Shown here piece by piece: positions 1-8,337 of a DNA stretch of 45,074 bases. This DNA comes from a virus: the IMG/VR virus record IMGVR_UViG_3300045988_027758. The stretch is one strand, 5' to 3'. The notes under the pieces are model-generated. The model did no database searches, was not told where the DNA came from, and worked only from the letters and a program-made list of their open reading frames with translations. Positions within the stretch are counted from its first letter, which is position 1. Each line of letters opens with the position of its first letter. The translations under genes were made by a program, and so were the position numbers.

Positions 1-425
1 GGAACAGCGGCAATCGGAACAGCGGCGATTGGAACAGCGGCAATCGGAACAGCGGCGATTGGAACAATACCAACTTTTCCAACGGTTGTTTTAATACTGT
101 TGAACCTACCATTCACCTGTTCAATAAGCCGTCAAGCTGGACATATCGTGATTGGCTGAATAGTGAAGCCCGTTACCTGATGAATCAGATTCAGGGGGAT
201 ATTCTTGAATGGGTTTACCTGTCGGATATGACCGATGAAGAAAAGGCAGCACACCCGGAAACTGAAACAACGGGTGGTTATCTGAAAGAACTGGACAATT
301 CCGAATGCGCCGTTATTTGGTGGCGTTCACTGGATCAGCGTCAGAAAAATGTAATCATGGCAATTCCGAACTTTGACAAGGCAATCTTCAAGGCGATCAC
401 CGGGATTGATGTTGATGCAGATTAA
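1..425 (+). CDS. C-terminal part of the pentapeptide-repeat protein that starts at 44435 (gene spans the linearisation point)
   Basis: Frame 3 is open from nt 3. It continues the NSGNR/NSGDW repeats seen at the window end, then a unique C-terminal domain ending at TAA 423-425. Track ORF 180..425 is only the tail of this gene. Confidence 0.8.
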   Translation, partial: NSGNRNSGDWNSGNRNSGDWNNTNFSNGCFNTVEPTIHLFNKPSSWTYRDWLNSEARYLMNQIQGDILEWVYLSDMTDEEKAAHPETETTGGYLKELDNSECAVIWWRSLDQRQKNVIMAIPNFDKAIFKAITGIDVDAD

Positions 426-437
426 GGGGGTGCGCTT

Positions 438-1703
438 ATGCAGCTATATCCCCACCAACAGACCGCCTTAGAGAAAACCGCCCATTTCAACAGGGTTGCT
501 TATTACCTTGATATGGGTTTAGGGAAAACTTTCGTTGGAAGCGAAAAAGCAAATTCCTACCCTGAAAAAATCGTGCTGGTTTGTCAAAAGTCGAAAATTG
601 ACGATTGGGTGAACCATTTTCGTGAACATTATTCCTTCACCGTGTTTGACCTGACGAACAAAAAGCAGCTTGAAGAATTCACGGGAACAATCGGGAAATG
701 CGTTGGAGTTATCAACTATGATTTGGTTTTCAGGCGTTCATATTTCGCTTATATAAGCGGATTTACTTTGATGCTTGACGAGAGTTCCAACATTCAGAAT
801 GAAACGGCGAAACGGTCAAAATTCATTCTGAAAATGAAGCCGGAAAATGTAATTCTTCTTTCCGGCACACCAACAGCCGGGAAATATGAAAAGCTATGGT
901 CGCAGCTTCGTTTGCTTGGCTGGAATATCAGCAAAGACCTGTTCTATAAGCAGTATGTTGAAATGGAATGGATTGAGGATCACAGCAGCGGGTTCAAAAT
1001 CCCCCACATTGTAGGTTACAAGAATGTTGACCGACTGAAAATGAAACTTGCTGAACATGGTGCAATTTTTATGAAGTCGGAAGAAGTTTTTGATTTGCCT
1101 GAACAGATTGTGATTCCCGTTCATTCCAAACCAACAAAGGAATACCGCAAATTTATGCGGGATGCCGTTATCACCATTGACGGGCGGGAATTCATCGGTG
1201 ACACCATTCTTTCAAAACGAATTTACGCCCGGATGATGTGCAGCTACTTGAATAAAGAACGGGTTGCAGCCTTCAAAGATTTGGTTCAGTCCACGGAAGA
1301 TAGATTGATTGTGTTCTATAACTTCAATGAAGAATTGAACACTATGCAATCAGCTATTGAAGAACTGGAACGCCCCGTTTCAATCGTAAATGGCAGCTTT
1401 AAGGACTTGACCGCCTATGAAGAAGCGGACGATTCAATCACATTTCTGCAATATCAAGCGGGTGCAATGGGCTTGAATTTGCAGAAAGCGAACAAAATTA
1501 TTTACTTTTCAATGACGGACAGAAGCGAATTGTTTGAACAGTCCAAAAAGCGAATTCACAGGATCGGGCAGACACAGCCTTGCTTTTACTATCAAATGAT
1601 TTGCCCCGGTACGGTGGAAGAAGATATTCTTCACACCTTGGAAATGAGAAAGGACTACACGGATGAACTATTCAAAAAGTATCAAGAAGCGTTCGATTGC
1701 TAA
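438..1703 (+). CDS. SNF2/RAD54-family helicase
   Basis: Motif I LDMGLGKT, DExx box MLDESS, LLSGTP, C-terminal helicase motif RIHRIGQTQP; 421 aa. Confidence 0.9.
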   Translation: MQLYPHQQTALEKTAHFNRVAYYLDMGLGKTFVGSEKANSYPEKIVLVCQKSKIDDWVNHFREHYSFTVFDLTNKKQLEEFTGTIGKCVGVINYDLVFRRSYFAYISGFTLMLDESSNIQNETAKRSKFILKMKPENVILLSGTPTAGKYEKLWSQLRLLGWNISKDLFYKQYVEMEWIEDHSSGFKIPHIVGYKNVDRLKMKLAEHGAIFMKSEEVFDLPEQIVIPVHSKPTKEYRKFMRDAVITIDGREFIGDTILSKRIYARMMCSYLNKERVAAFKDLVQSTEDRLIVFYNFNEELNTMQSAIEELERPVSIVNGSFKDLTAYEEADDSITFLQYQAGAMGLNLQKANKIIYFSMTDRSELFEQSKKRIHRIGQTQPCFYYQMICPGTVEEDILHTLEMRKDYTDELFKKYQEAFDC

Positions 1704-2325
1704 CAGAATTATCATTTCATGGTTGGTTGTGGCGGTGTTCTTTTCCCTTGTCGGGTTCATTATCGGTTCAATCACTTCAAAGCACAGTGAACCCGACAAA
1801 GCAGAAACCACCATTTACGGGCAGACCGTTGACGGACGGGTTTTTGAAGGCGAAATGTCTATGGATTGGGGTGAAGGTGATTTGAATTTCATTCCCCTTG
1901 ATGTTCCGCTGGACAAAGGCTTGCAGGAATTTATTTTCTACCTGTCCGCTGGCTACAACATGGATTTCACTTTCGTTATGGCGGTTATTCAGCAGGAAAG
2001 CCAATACAACCCCGATGCGGTGAGCAAATCCAATGATTACGGCTTGATGCAGATCAACGAGGTAAACCACCCGTACATAACAGAAACGCTTGGTATAACG
2101 AATTTTCTTGACCCTTACGAAAATGTGCGGGCTGGAATGTTCATCTTGCGTAAGCTGTTTGAAAAATATGAAACCCCTGAAAAGGTGCTTATGGCGTACA
2201 ACATGGGGGAAACAGGCGCAGGAATTCTTTGGGAACAGGGAATTTTTGAAACTAACTATTCAAAATCAGTATTGCAAATTCAGCAGGAAATGAACGCTGA
2301 ATTGGGAAGGAGTTCAAATGATTAA
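1663..2325 (+). CDS. Membrane-anchored lytic transglycosylase (SLT domain)
   Basis: N-terminal TM helix IIISWLVVAVFFSLVGFIIGSI. SLT catalytic block QQESQYNPDAVSKSNDYGLMQIN and AYNMG. Overlaps the SNF2 3' end by 41 nt. Confidence 0.85.
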   Translation: MNYSKSIKKRSIANRIIISWLVVAVFFSLVGFIIGSITSKHSEPDKAETTIYGQTVDGRVFEGEMSMDWGEGDLNFIPLDVPLDKGLQEFIFYLSAGYNMDFTFVMAVIQQESQYNPDAVSKSNDYGLMQINEVNHPYITETLGITNFLDPYENVRAGMFILRKLFEKYETPEKVLMAYNMGETGAGILWEQGIFETNYSKSVLQIQQEMNAELGRSSND

Positions 2326-2755
2326 GTGTAAACAGGCAATGGAAAATTCCGCTTGCGGAAAAGACTGCTGCTGTTTGGAGTGCGAGGAAAAGGAAACCTG
2401 TAAGGATGTTTGTTCCGATTTATCCCCGGATTGTGGGGATGCGGTGACAGAGGAAACCGCCCTTGCCACGATGAAGCAGGAAGCGGCGGCTGTTATCAAG
2501 GTTATTGCAGACCTGACCTTGCAGAAGAAGCAGATTGAGGATCAGGAAAAGGCAATGCGTGAAAAGTTGCGTGAAGCAATGGAGAAATACGGGGTGAAAT
2601 CCTTTGAAACCCCGGAAATCAAATTCACCTATGTTGCACCTACTACCCGCACAAGCATTGACAGCACGAAACTGAAAAAGGATTTGCCGGATGTAGCTGC
2701 AAAGTATTCCAAAATTTCCAAAGTTTCCGCTTCCGTCAAAATCACGGTGAAGTAA
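2318..2755 (+). CDS. Hypothetical protein: Cys-rich N-terminus plus a coiled-coil, Gp157-like C-terminal part
   Basis: ATG preceded by GGAAGGAG. 9 Cys in the first 40 aa. The remainder resembles the Siphovirus Gp157 family (from memory, not verified). Confidence 0.6.
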   Translation: MIKCKQAMENSACGKDCCCLECEEKETCKDVCSDLSPDCGDAVTEETALATMKQEAAAVIKVIADLTLQKKQIEDQEKAMREKLREAMEKYGVKSFETPEIKFTYVAPTTRTSIDSTKLKKDLPDVAAKYSKISKVSASVKITVK

Positions 2756-2759
2756 ATGG

Positions 2760-2876
2760 GTGGGTACTTTGACACAAAAGGAACTTCTGAACATGGTGAA
2801 GTGGTTTGTTCGCAGTCACGCAGAAAACACCAACCGTGCAGGAAAGTATCTTGCAAACACCATGTTTGCCATGTAA
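2760..2876 (+). CDS. Possible small ORF (38 aa)
   Basis: GTG start 9 nt after GGTGAAG. The peptide VGTLTQKELLNMVKWFVRSHAENTNRAGKYLANTMFAM looks more protein-like than the overlapping Arg/Cys/His-rich track ORF 2756..2962. Confidence 0.3.
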   Translation: MGTLTQKELLNMVKWFVRSHAENTNRAGKYLANTMFAM

Positions 2877-2936
2877 AGAGTTCCCAAAGTGGAACGGAAT
2901 ATTGGGTTAGAAATATGAAGAAAGAAGGTGGATGTT

Positions 2937-3236
2937 ATGACGAGAGTAGAAAGGGAAGCTGATCCGGGTGAATCCTTTGACGGGGGCTATCACCTTTATG
3001 CAAAGGAAAAGCATAAGGAACGAGTTGCAAAAAATTCTGAACGGATTGACTACGCAATCAAGCAATTTGAGTTGAACAACATTGAATTCACCTTGAAAAA
3101 TGAGCAAAGCGGGCATTTCCATTGTAGAAGAAAGTCAGATGATAAGCTGTTTCAGTTTTGGGCTGGAACGGGGAAAATCCTTGGATATGACCGTTTGCGG
3201 GGAATTCATTCACTTATCAAATTATTGTTGGGGTGA
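2937..3236 (+). CDS. Hypothetical protein (99 aa)
   Basis: ATG 2937 lies 8 nt after AAGAAGGTGG. In frame with track ORF 2928..3236. Confidence 0.65.
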   Translation: MTRVEREADPGESFDGGYHLYAKEKHKERVAKNSERIDYAIKQFELNNIEFTLKNEQSGHFHCRRKSDDKLFQFWAGTGKILGYDRLRGIHSLIKLLLG

Positions 3237-3240
3237 TGCA

Positions 3241-3654
3241 ATGGCAGAAGAAAAACTTTTTGAAGGGCAAATCAAGAAATACTTTCATTCTGTCGGTATC
3301 TACCCGGCGGGCTATCCAACGGACAGAATGAACGCCCCTATGGTGGGGTGGTACACCAAAATTTGGGGCGGCGGTTTTCAGAAGTCCGGCATTCCTGACA
3401 TTATCTGTTGTGTGAACGGGGTAATGCTGGCGGTGGAAGTCAAGGCTTCCAATGGTAGACCTTCCGAACTGCAAAAGTTAAATATCAGCCGTATCAACAA
3501 ATCAGGCGGCGTTGCAGTTTTCCTTTACCCGGAAGGGTTTGAACAGTTCAAAGAACTTTTGAAAGGGGTGATAAATTGCGGTATTCACATTCCAGCGTTG
3601 ATTGCTTTGAAAAGTGCAAACACAAGTACGAAATGCGTTACATACACGGGATAA
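3241..3654 (+). CDS. VRR-NUC / PD-(D/E)xK nuclease (Holliday-junction-resolvase-like)
   Basis: Core GIPDIICCVNGVMLAVEVKASNGRPSELQ (D...EVK). ATG 3241 after GGGGTGA. The upstream part of track ORF 3100..3654 overlaps the previous gene. Confidence 0.8.
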   Translation: MAEEKLFEGQIKKYFHSVGIYPAGYPTDRMNAPMVGWYTKIWGGGFQKSGIPDIICCVNGVMLAVEVKASNGRPSELQKLNISRINKSGGVAVFLYPEGFEQFKELLKGVINCGIHIPALIALKSANTSTKCVTYTG

Positions 3655-5339
3655 CCACCATTCCCCCGGCTGAACCTGATAATGCCCTGATTATGGGGCA
3701 GACGGTTCACACGGGCATTGAAAAAAGCCTTGAAGAAGCAATCAAAGAATACAGTTTCAGCTATCCGATTATTACCGATGAACATATCAACGAAATAATC
3801 AAGTTTGAAACAGTGATCCCGCTTGCAAGGGCGGCAATCCCGCTCGGTGGGGCATTTGAAGTTGAAATTGCAGACAGCGATTTCCACGGGTTCATTGATT
3901 ACCTTGTTCCCGTGGGTGATGGGTACTTTGATTTGTACGATTTTAAGTATTCAAACAATGTATCAGGCTATAAGCAGTCAAATCAGCTTCACCTTTACAA
4001 ATACTTTTGGGAACGGAACAACCCCGGAAAGAAAATCCGAAATATGTATTTCCTGTTTATCCCAAAGGTATCAATTCGGCAGAAGAAAACCGAAACTTTG
4101 CTTGACTTCCGGCAGCGTTTGAAAGAAGAACTTGCCGGGGCAGAGGTCAAAACCGTTCAAATTGGGTTCAATCCTGAAAAGGTCATTGAATTCCTGTTTG
4201 GAATAAAAGCTATCAAAGAAGAAAAGGATTTCCCGCAAAACAAAAGCTATTTGTGCCGTTTTTGCGAGTATCAAGAAAATTGTGAGAAAGGATGGAACTA
4301 TTTTATGAAGTTACCTGAAAACAAGAGAAGAAACATTGAAGCCGTTGAAAAGCGTGTGCTTTGGATTTATGGTGTTCCGTTTTGCGGAAAGACCACCTTT
4401 GCAAATAGCTTCCCTGATCCGCTGATGCTGAACACGGATGGCAATATCAAGTTCGTTGATGCCCCGTATATCCGCATTAAGGACGAAATCAAGGTTGAGG
4501 GGCGCATGACGAAAAGAACCCTTGCGTGGGATGTGTTCAAGGATACCATTTCCGAACTGGAAAAGAAGGACAACACCTTCAAGACGATTGTTGTTGACCT
4601 GTTGGAAGATTTGTATGAGCATTGCCGCCTGTATATGTATCAGCAGATGGGTATTACCCATGAATCCGATGATTCCTTCCGTGCGTGGGATAAGGTTAGG
4701 GGCGAATTTTTGAACACCCTGAAACGCCTTATGAACCTTGACTATGAAAACATTATCCTGATTTCCCATGAGGACACAAGCAAGGACATTACCAAAAAGG
4801 GCGGCGATAAGATCACGGCGATCAAGCCTAACTTGCAGGATAAGGTTGCAAACAAGGTTGCCGGAATGGTGGATGTGGTTGCCCGTATCGTGGCAGACGG
4901 TGACACCCGCACATTCAGCTTCAAGAGCAATGAAGTTATTTTCGGCGGCGGGCGTTTGAAGGTAAACGCAAAGGATATTCCGCTTGATGTGAACGCCCTG
5001 TTTGCGGTTTACGATGAAGCCAACAAGAACGCTGCTTCCGGCGTTGTGACAGCAGCCGCTTCCACAGGAAAGACCGGGCGCAGCACCCGCAAGAAAGCAG
5101 AAGAAGCACCCGCCACAACCGCAGATAAGCCGCAGGACAAGCCCGCAGAGGAACAGGCGGTAAACAATACCCCTGAGCAGGAAACCCCGCAGGAAGCCGC
5201 AGATAAGGCAGAGGAAAAGCAGCCTGAACAGGCAGCAGAGCAGCAGGACACAGCAGCCCCGGTTGATGGCGTTATGAATCCCCCGGAAGCCCCGGCAGAG
5301 GAAGAAAAGCCCCGCCGTAAGCGTAAAGCAAGAGATTAA
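3576..5339 (+). CDS. Fusion protein: Cas4/RecB-like PD-(D/E)xK exonuclease (4-Cys) + Sak4-like AAA_24 ATPase + acidic Pro/Glu/Ala-rich tail
   Basis: N-terminal half: Cys in VDCFEKC, IDYL...LYDFKYS, QLHLYKYF, CRFCEYQENC. C-terminal half: Walker A YGVPFCGKTT, VVDLLED, ILISHED. The last ~110 aa are low complexity. TTG start 6 nt after AAAGGGGTG. Confidence 0.8.
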   Translation: MRYSHSSVDCFEKCKHKYEMRYIHGITTIPPAEPDNALIMGQTVHTGIEKSLEEAIKEYSFSYPIITDEHINEIIKFETVIPLARAAIPLGGAFEVEIADSDFHGFIDYLVPVGDGYFDLYDFKYSNNVSGYKQSNQLHLYKYFWERNNPGKKIRNMYFLFIPKVSIRQKKTETLLDFRQRLKEELAGAEVKTVQIGFNPEKVIEFLFGIKAIKEEKDFPQNKSYLCRFCEYQENCEKGWNYFMKLPENKRRNIEAVEKRVLWIYGVPFCGKTTFANSFPDPLMLNTDGNIKFVDAPYIRIKDEIKVEGRMTKRTLAWDVFKDTISELEKKDNTFKTIVVDLLEDLYEHCRLYMYQQMGITHESDDSFRAWDKVRGEFLNTLKRLMNLDYENIILISHEDTSKDITKKGGDKITAIKPNLQDKVANKVAGMVDVVARIVADGDTRTFSFKSNEVIFGGGRLKVNAKDIPLDVNALFAVYDEANKNAASGVVTAAASTGKTGRSTRKKAEEAPATTADKPQDKPAEEQAVNNTPEQETPQEAADKAEEKQPEQAAEQQDTAAPVDGVMNPPEAPAEEEKPRRKRKARD

Positions 5340-5357
5340 GAAAGGTAGGTACATAGT

Positions 5358-5621
5358 ATGAACAATCCGTTTGGTATTCCTGATGATGTATTTGAAGGGA
5401 TGGTTGCTTCCATTTTGAAGGCACAGGGTAAGACCCGCCCCGGTAACAATGCCAACATTCAGAACCCTTTCATTCAGAAGGTGGAATTCAATGTTGCAGA
5501 GGAAGCAAAGAAATCTGCTTCCGTGTCTATGGCTTTGTATAAGGCGTATCAGGAAGTGGGCTTCACGCAGGAACAGGCTTTTGAACTGGTTAAGGGTATC
5601 TTGACCGCAAAGAAAAACTAA
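5358..5621 (+). CDS. Hypothetical protein (87 aa)
   Basis: Intact ORF in the operon with an RBS (AAGGTAGG). Confidence 0.6.
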   Translation: MNNPFGIPDDVFEGMVASILKAQGKTRPGNNANIQNPFIQKVEFNVAEEAKKSASVSMALYKAYQEVGFTQEQAFELVKGILTAKKN

Positions 5622-5650
5622 TTACAGAAAGGTTAAACAGGTGAAAAATT

Positions 5651-6112
5651 ATGGCTAACATTTGGGAAGAATTCGATAAGAGCATTGACACGGAAGGTTT
5701 GGCAAAGGATGTTGAGGAAGCAGCAGAAAACGGCGGTCGCCGTGAAGTTCCGCATGATACCTATGAGGTGGCAATCAACAAGCTGGAGCTGACAAAGAGC
5801 AAGAAGGGTGATCCGATGGTCACTTGCTGGATGAAGATTGTTGAGGGCGAGTACAAGGGCAGCTTGATTTTTATGAATCAGGTGGTAACGCAGGGATTTC
5901 AGATTCACATTGCAAACGAGTTCATGCGTGCGTTGGTTCAGGAGATGGAAACCCCTGTTGAAGTCCAGTTCAAGACCTATTCGCAGTATGGCAACATGAT
6001 TATGGACATTATGGAAGCCATTGATAACAACTTTGAATACAAGGTTCGTTACTACGAGAACAAGGGTTATAACGCATTTGAGATTCAGGAAGTTTATGTT
6101 CTTGAAGATTAA
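5651..6112 (+). CDS. DUF669-family protein (putative ssDNA-binding partner of Sak4)
   Basis: Size, acidic N-terminus and the block YEVAINKLELTKSKKGDPMVTCWMKIVEGEYKG. Canonical position after a Sak4-like ATPase. Confidence 0.7.
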   Translation: MANIWEEFDKSIDTEGLAKDVEEAAENGGRREVPHDTYEVAINKLELTKSKKGDPMVTCWMKIVEGEYKGSLIFMNQVVTQGFQIHIANEFMRALVQEMETPVEVQFKTYSQYGNMIMDIMEAIDNNFEYKVRYYENKGYNAFEIQEVYVLED

Positions 6113-6154
6113 GTGATACAACTTGTGACCTGACAAGTCAAACAGGCGGGTGGG

Positions 6155-7897
6155 TTGGTGGGAAAACAGCAGAAAGGGGTGAATGGATTGCTGTTTTATG
6201 ATTTTGAGGTTTTCAAGTATGATTGGTTGGTTGTGGTAATGGATATGACCGCAAAGAAAACCCATGTGATAATCAATTCCCCGGAAGAACTTGAAGCCTT
6301 ATATAAGGCAAATATAAAAGAAATTTGGGTTGGTTTTAACAGCCGCCACTACGATCAGTACATTTTGAAAGCTATACTTTGCGGGTTTGATCCTAAAAAG
6401 GTGAATGATTACATAATCACAAAGGGAAATCCCGGTTGGAAGTTCAGCAGCTTATTCCGGCAGTTCCCCCTTTGGAATTATGATGTGATGCTGAATACCG
6501 ATGTGGGTTTGAAGTCCTTTGAGGGGTTCATGGGAAATGACATAAAGGAAACTTCCGTTCCCTTCAATATTGACCGCAAACTTACGCCGGAAGAAATTGC
6601 CGAAACGGTGAAATACTGCAAGCACGATGTTGAACAGACGGTTCAGGTTTTTTTGAAACGAACGGAAGAATTCAATACCATGATGTATTTCATTAAGCAT
6701 TTCGGGCTTAGTATGGACTACATTTCCAAAACCAAAGCGCAGCTTGCAGCGGAGATTTTAGGCGGCAATCGCAAGGGGGCAGATTTTGACGATGAATTTC
6801 AGTTCCCTATTCTTGATTGCTTGCACCTGAACAAATATAAGCACATTGCGGAATGGTACGCAAATCCTGAGAACCACGATTACAGCAAGAAACAGGATAA
6901 ACAGATTGTGGCAGGGGTTGAACATACCTTTGCATGGGGTGGCGGTCACGGGGCAAGGGCAAAATATTCCGCTGATGGGGTATTCCTTATCATTGATGTT
7001 ACCGCCTATTACCCTTCATTACAAAAGAAATATCATTTTGGGTATCGTGTGATGAACCACCCTGAAAACTTTGAGTTTATCCACGATTCCAATATTGCCT
7101 ACAAGCGGAAGGGCGATAAGAAAGCAAGACAGCCCTTCAAAATTATGGATAATGCAATCAGCGGGCAGATGAAACAGAAATCTTCCGCTTTGTATGACCC
7201 AATGAGCAACAACAGCATTTGTATCAATGGACAGCTTTTATTGCTGGATTTGGTTGAACACATTGAACCGTATTGTGAACTTATACAGAACAACACGGAC
7301 GGTATCATTGTAAAGCTGAAAGACTATGAACATGATTTCGATGTGCTGGACGATGTTGTTTATGAATGGGAACAGCGAACAGGAATGAAAATGGATTTTG
7401 ATACCTATATCGGAACAATCTATCAGAAGGATGTGAATAATTACCTTCTGATTGACCGAAAAACAGGGGCAGTCAAGGCAAAGGGTGGCTATGTTATGAA
7501 GCTGAATGATTTAAGCTATGACTTGCCAATCATCAACAAAGCCTTGGTTGATTATATGATTCACGGAATTCCAGTGCGCCGAACTATCATGGAATGTCAG
7601 GACTTGCGGGAATTCCAGCTTGTTTCCCGTATCAGCAGCAAATACACACACATTCTTTACGGCGATAAGCCTATCAAAGAAAAGTGTATCAGGGTGTTTG
7701 CTTCCAACAATCCCGCTGATCCGGGTGTGAAGAAGGTTCATGCGGTAAGAAAAACCACCGCAAAGCTGACAAATTCCCCGGAACATTGCTTCATTTTCAA
7801 TGACGATGTGAAGAGTGTTCCCGTCCCTGATAAGCTGGATCGTCAATGGTACATTGATTTTGCAAATAAAAGATTATCAGATTTCGGGGTGGTGTGA
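6155..7897 (+). CDS. Small family-B-like DNA polymerase with 3'-5' exonuclease domain
   Basis: ExoI YDFEV, ExoII NSRHYD, ExoIII YCKHD. Pol motif A DVTAYYPSL, motif C-like NNTDGIIV. TTG/GTG start after GGCGGGTGGG. Confidence 0.75.
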   Translation: MVGKQQKGVNGLLFYDFEVFKYDWLVVVMDMTAKKTHVIINSPEELEALYKANIKEIWVGFNSRHYDQYILKAILCGFDPKKVNDYIITKGNPGWKFSSLFRQFPLWNYDVMLNTDVGLKSFEGFMGNDIKETSVPFNIDRKLTPEEIAETVKYCKHDVEQTVQVFLKRTEEFNTMMYFIKHFGLSMDYISKTKAQLAAEILGGNRKGADFDDEFQFPILDCLHLNKYKHIAEWYANPENHDYSKKQDKQIVAGVEHTFAWGGGHGARAKYSADGVFLIIDVTAYYPSLQKKYHFGYRVMNHPENFEFIHDSNIAYKRKGDKKARQPFKIMDNAISGQMKQKSSALYDPMSNNSICINGQLLLLDLVEHIEPYCELIQNNTDGIIVKLKDYEHDFDVLDDVVYEWEQRTGMKMDFDTYIGTIYQKDVNNYLLIDRKTGAVKAKGGYVMKLNDLSYDLPIINKALVDYMIHGIPVRRTIMECQDLREFQLVSRISSKYTHILYGDKPIKEKCIRVFASNNPADPGVKKVHAVRKTTAKLTNSPEHCFIFNDDVKSVPVPDKLDRQWYIDFANKRLSDFGVV

Positions 7898-8322
7898 TGG
7901 ACGATTTACATATTACTTACAACCACGGGAACGGAGAAATGCTTATTCATTTAGATTATTTCTTCCCGTGTTCACAGGTTCGTTTCAATAAGCTGCTGAA
8001 AATCATTGAACTTGATTGGCAGCATGAAGCGGAATTGAAAGAGAATTTGAAAGTTCACTTTCAAAAAAGAATTGCCGATTTAACAGCCTTGTGGAAAGAA
8101 AACAGTAAACTTTACTATGACAGCAAGGAAAAGGCGGCAAGTACCAAAGCAATTATTGACAGCCGAAAGCACCCGAACGGGTTGCCGCTTTCAAAGGATG
8201 AATTGAAAGAAGCAAGGGCTGATTTTAGAGCCTACACAGCAGCTTATAAACAGGCACTTTCGGATGCAAAGAGTAATAAACGGTTCAAAGAACGGTTTGA
8301 AAAATACTTAGAATCTATGTAA
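7894..8322 (+). CDS. Hypothetical protein (142 aa)
   Basis: ATGA overlap with the polymerase stop; helical, Lys-rich. Confidence 0.6.
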   Translation: MMDDLHITYNHGNGEMLIHLDYFFPCSQVRFNKLLKIIELDWQHEAELKENLKVHFQKRIADLTALWKENSKLYYDSKEKAASTKAIIDSRKHPNGLPLSKDELKEARADFRAYTAAYKQALSDAKSNKRFKERFEKYLESM

Positions 8323-8337
8323 AGGCGGTGAGTTGAA

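Noticed and set aside
2756-2962. 68-aa ORF MGGYFDTKGTSEHGEVVCSQSRRKHQPCRK...
   Set aside because: Its Arg/Cys/His/Ser-rich composition is typical of an out-of-frame read, and it overlaps the RBS and start of the next gene. A shorter alternative-frame ORF (2760..2876) is reported at low confidence instead.
3100-3240. N-terminal extension of the VRR-NUC ORF (track start 3100)
   Set aside because: It overlaps the preceding gene almost entirely. ATG 3241 has a good RBS and yields a normal-length VRR-NUC domain.
5040-5339. Low-complexity Pro/Glu/Ala/Gln-rich 3' end of the Sak4 fusion, considered as a separate gene or DNA-level tandem repeat
   Set aside because: It has no internal start with an RBS and no exact nucleotide repeat unit. 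It reads as a disordered tail of the same ORF.
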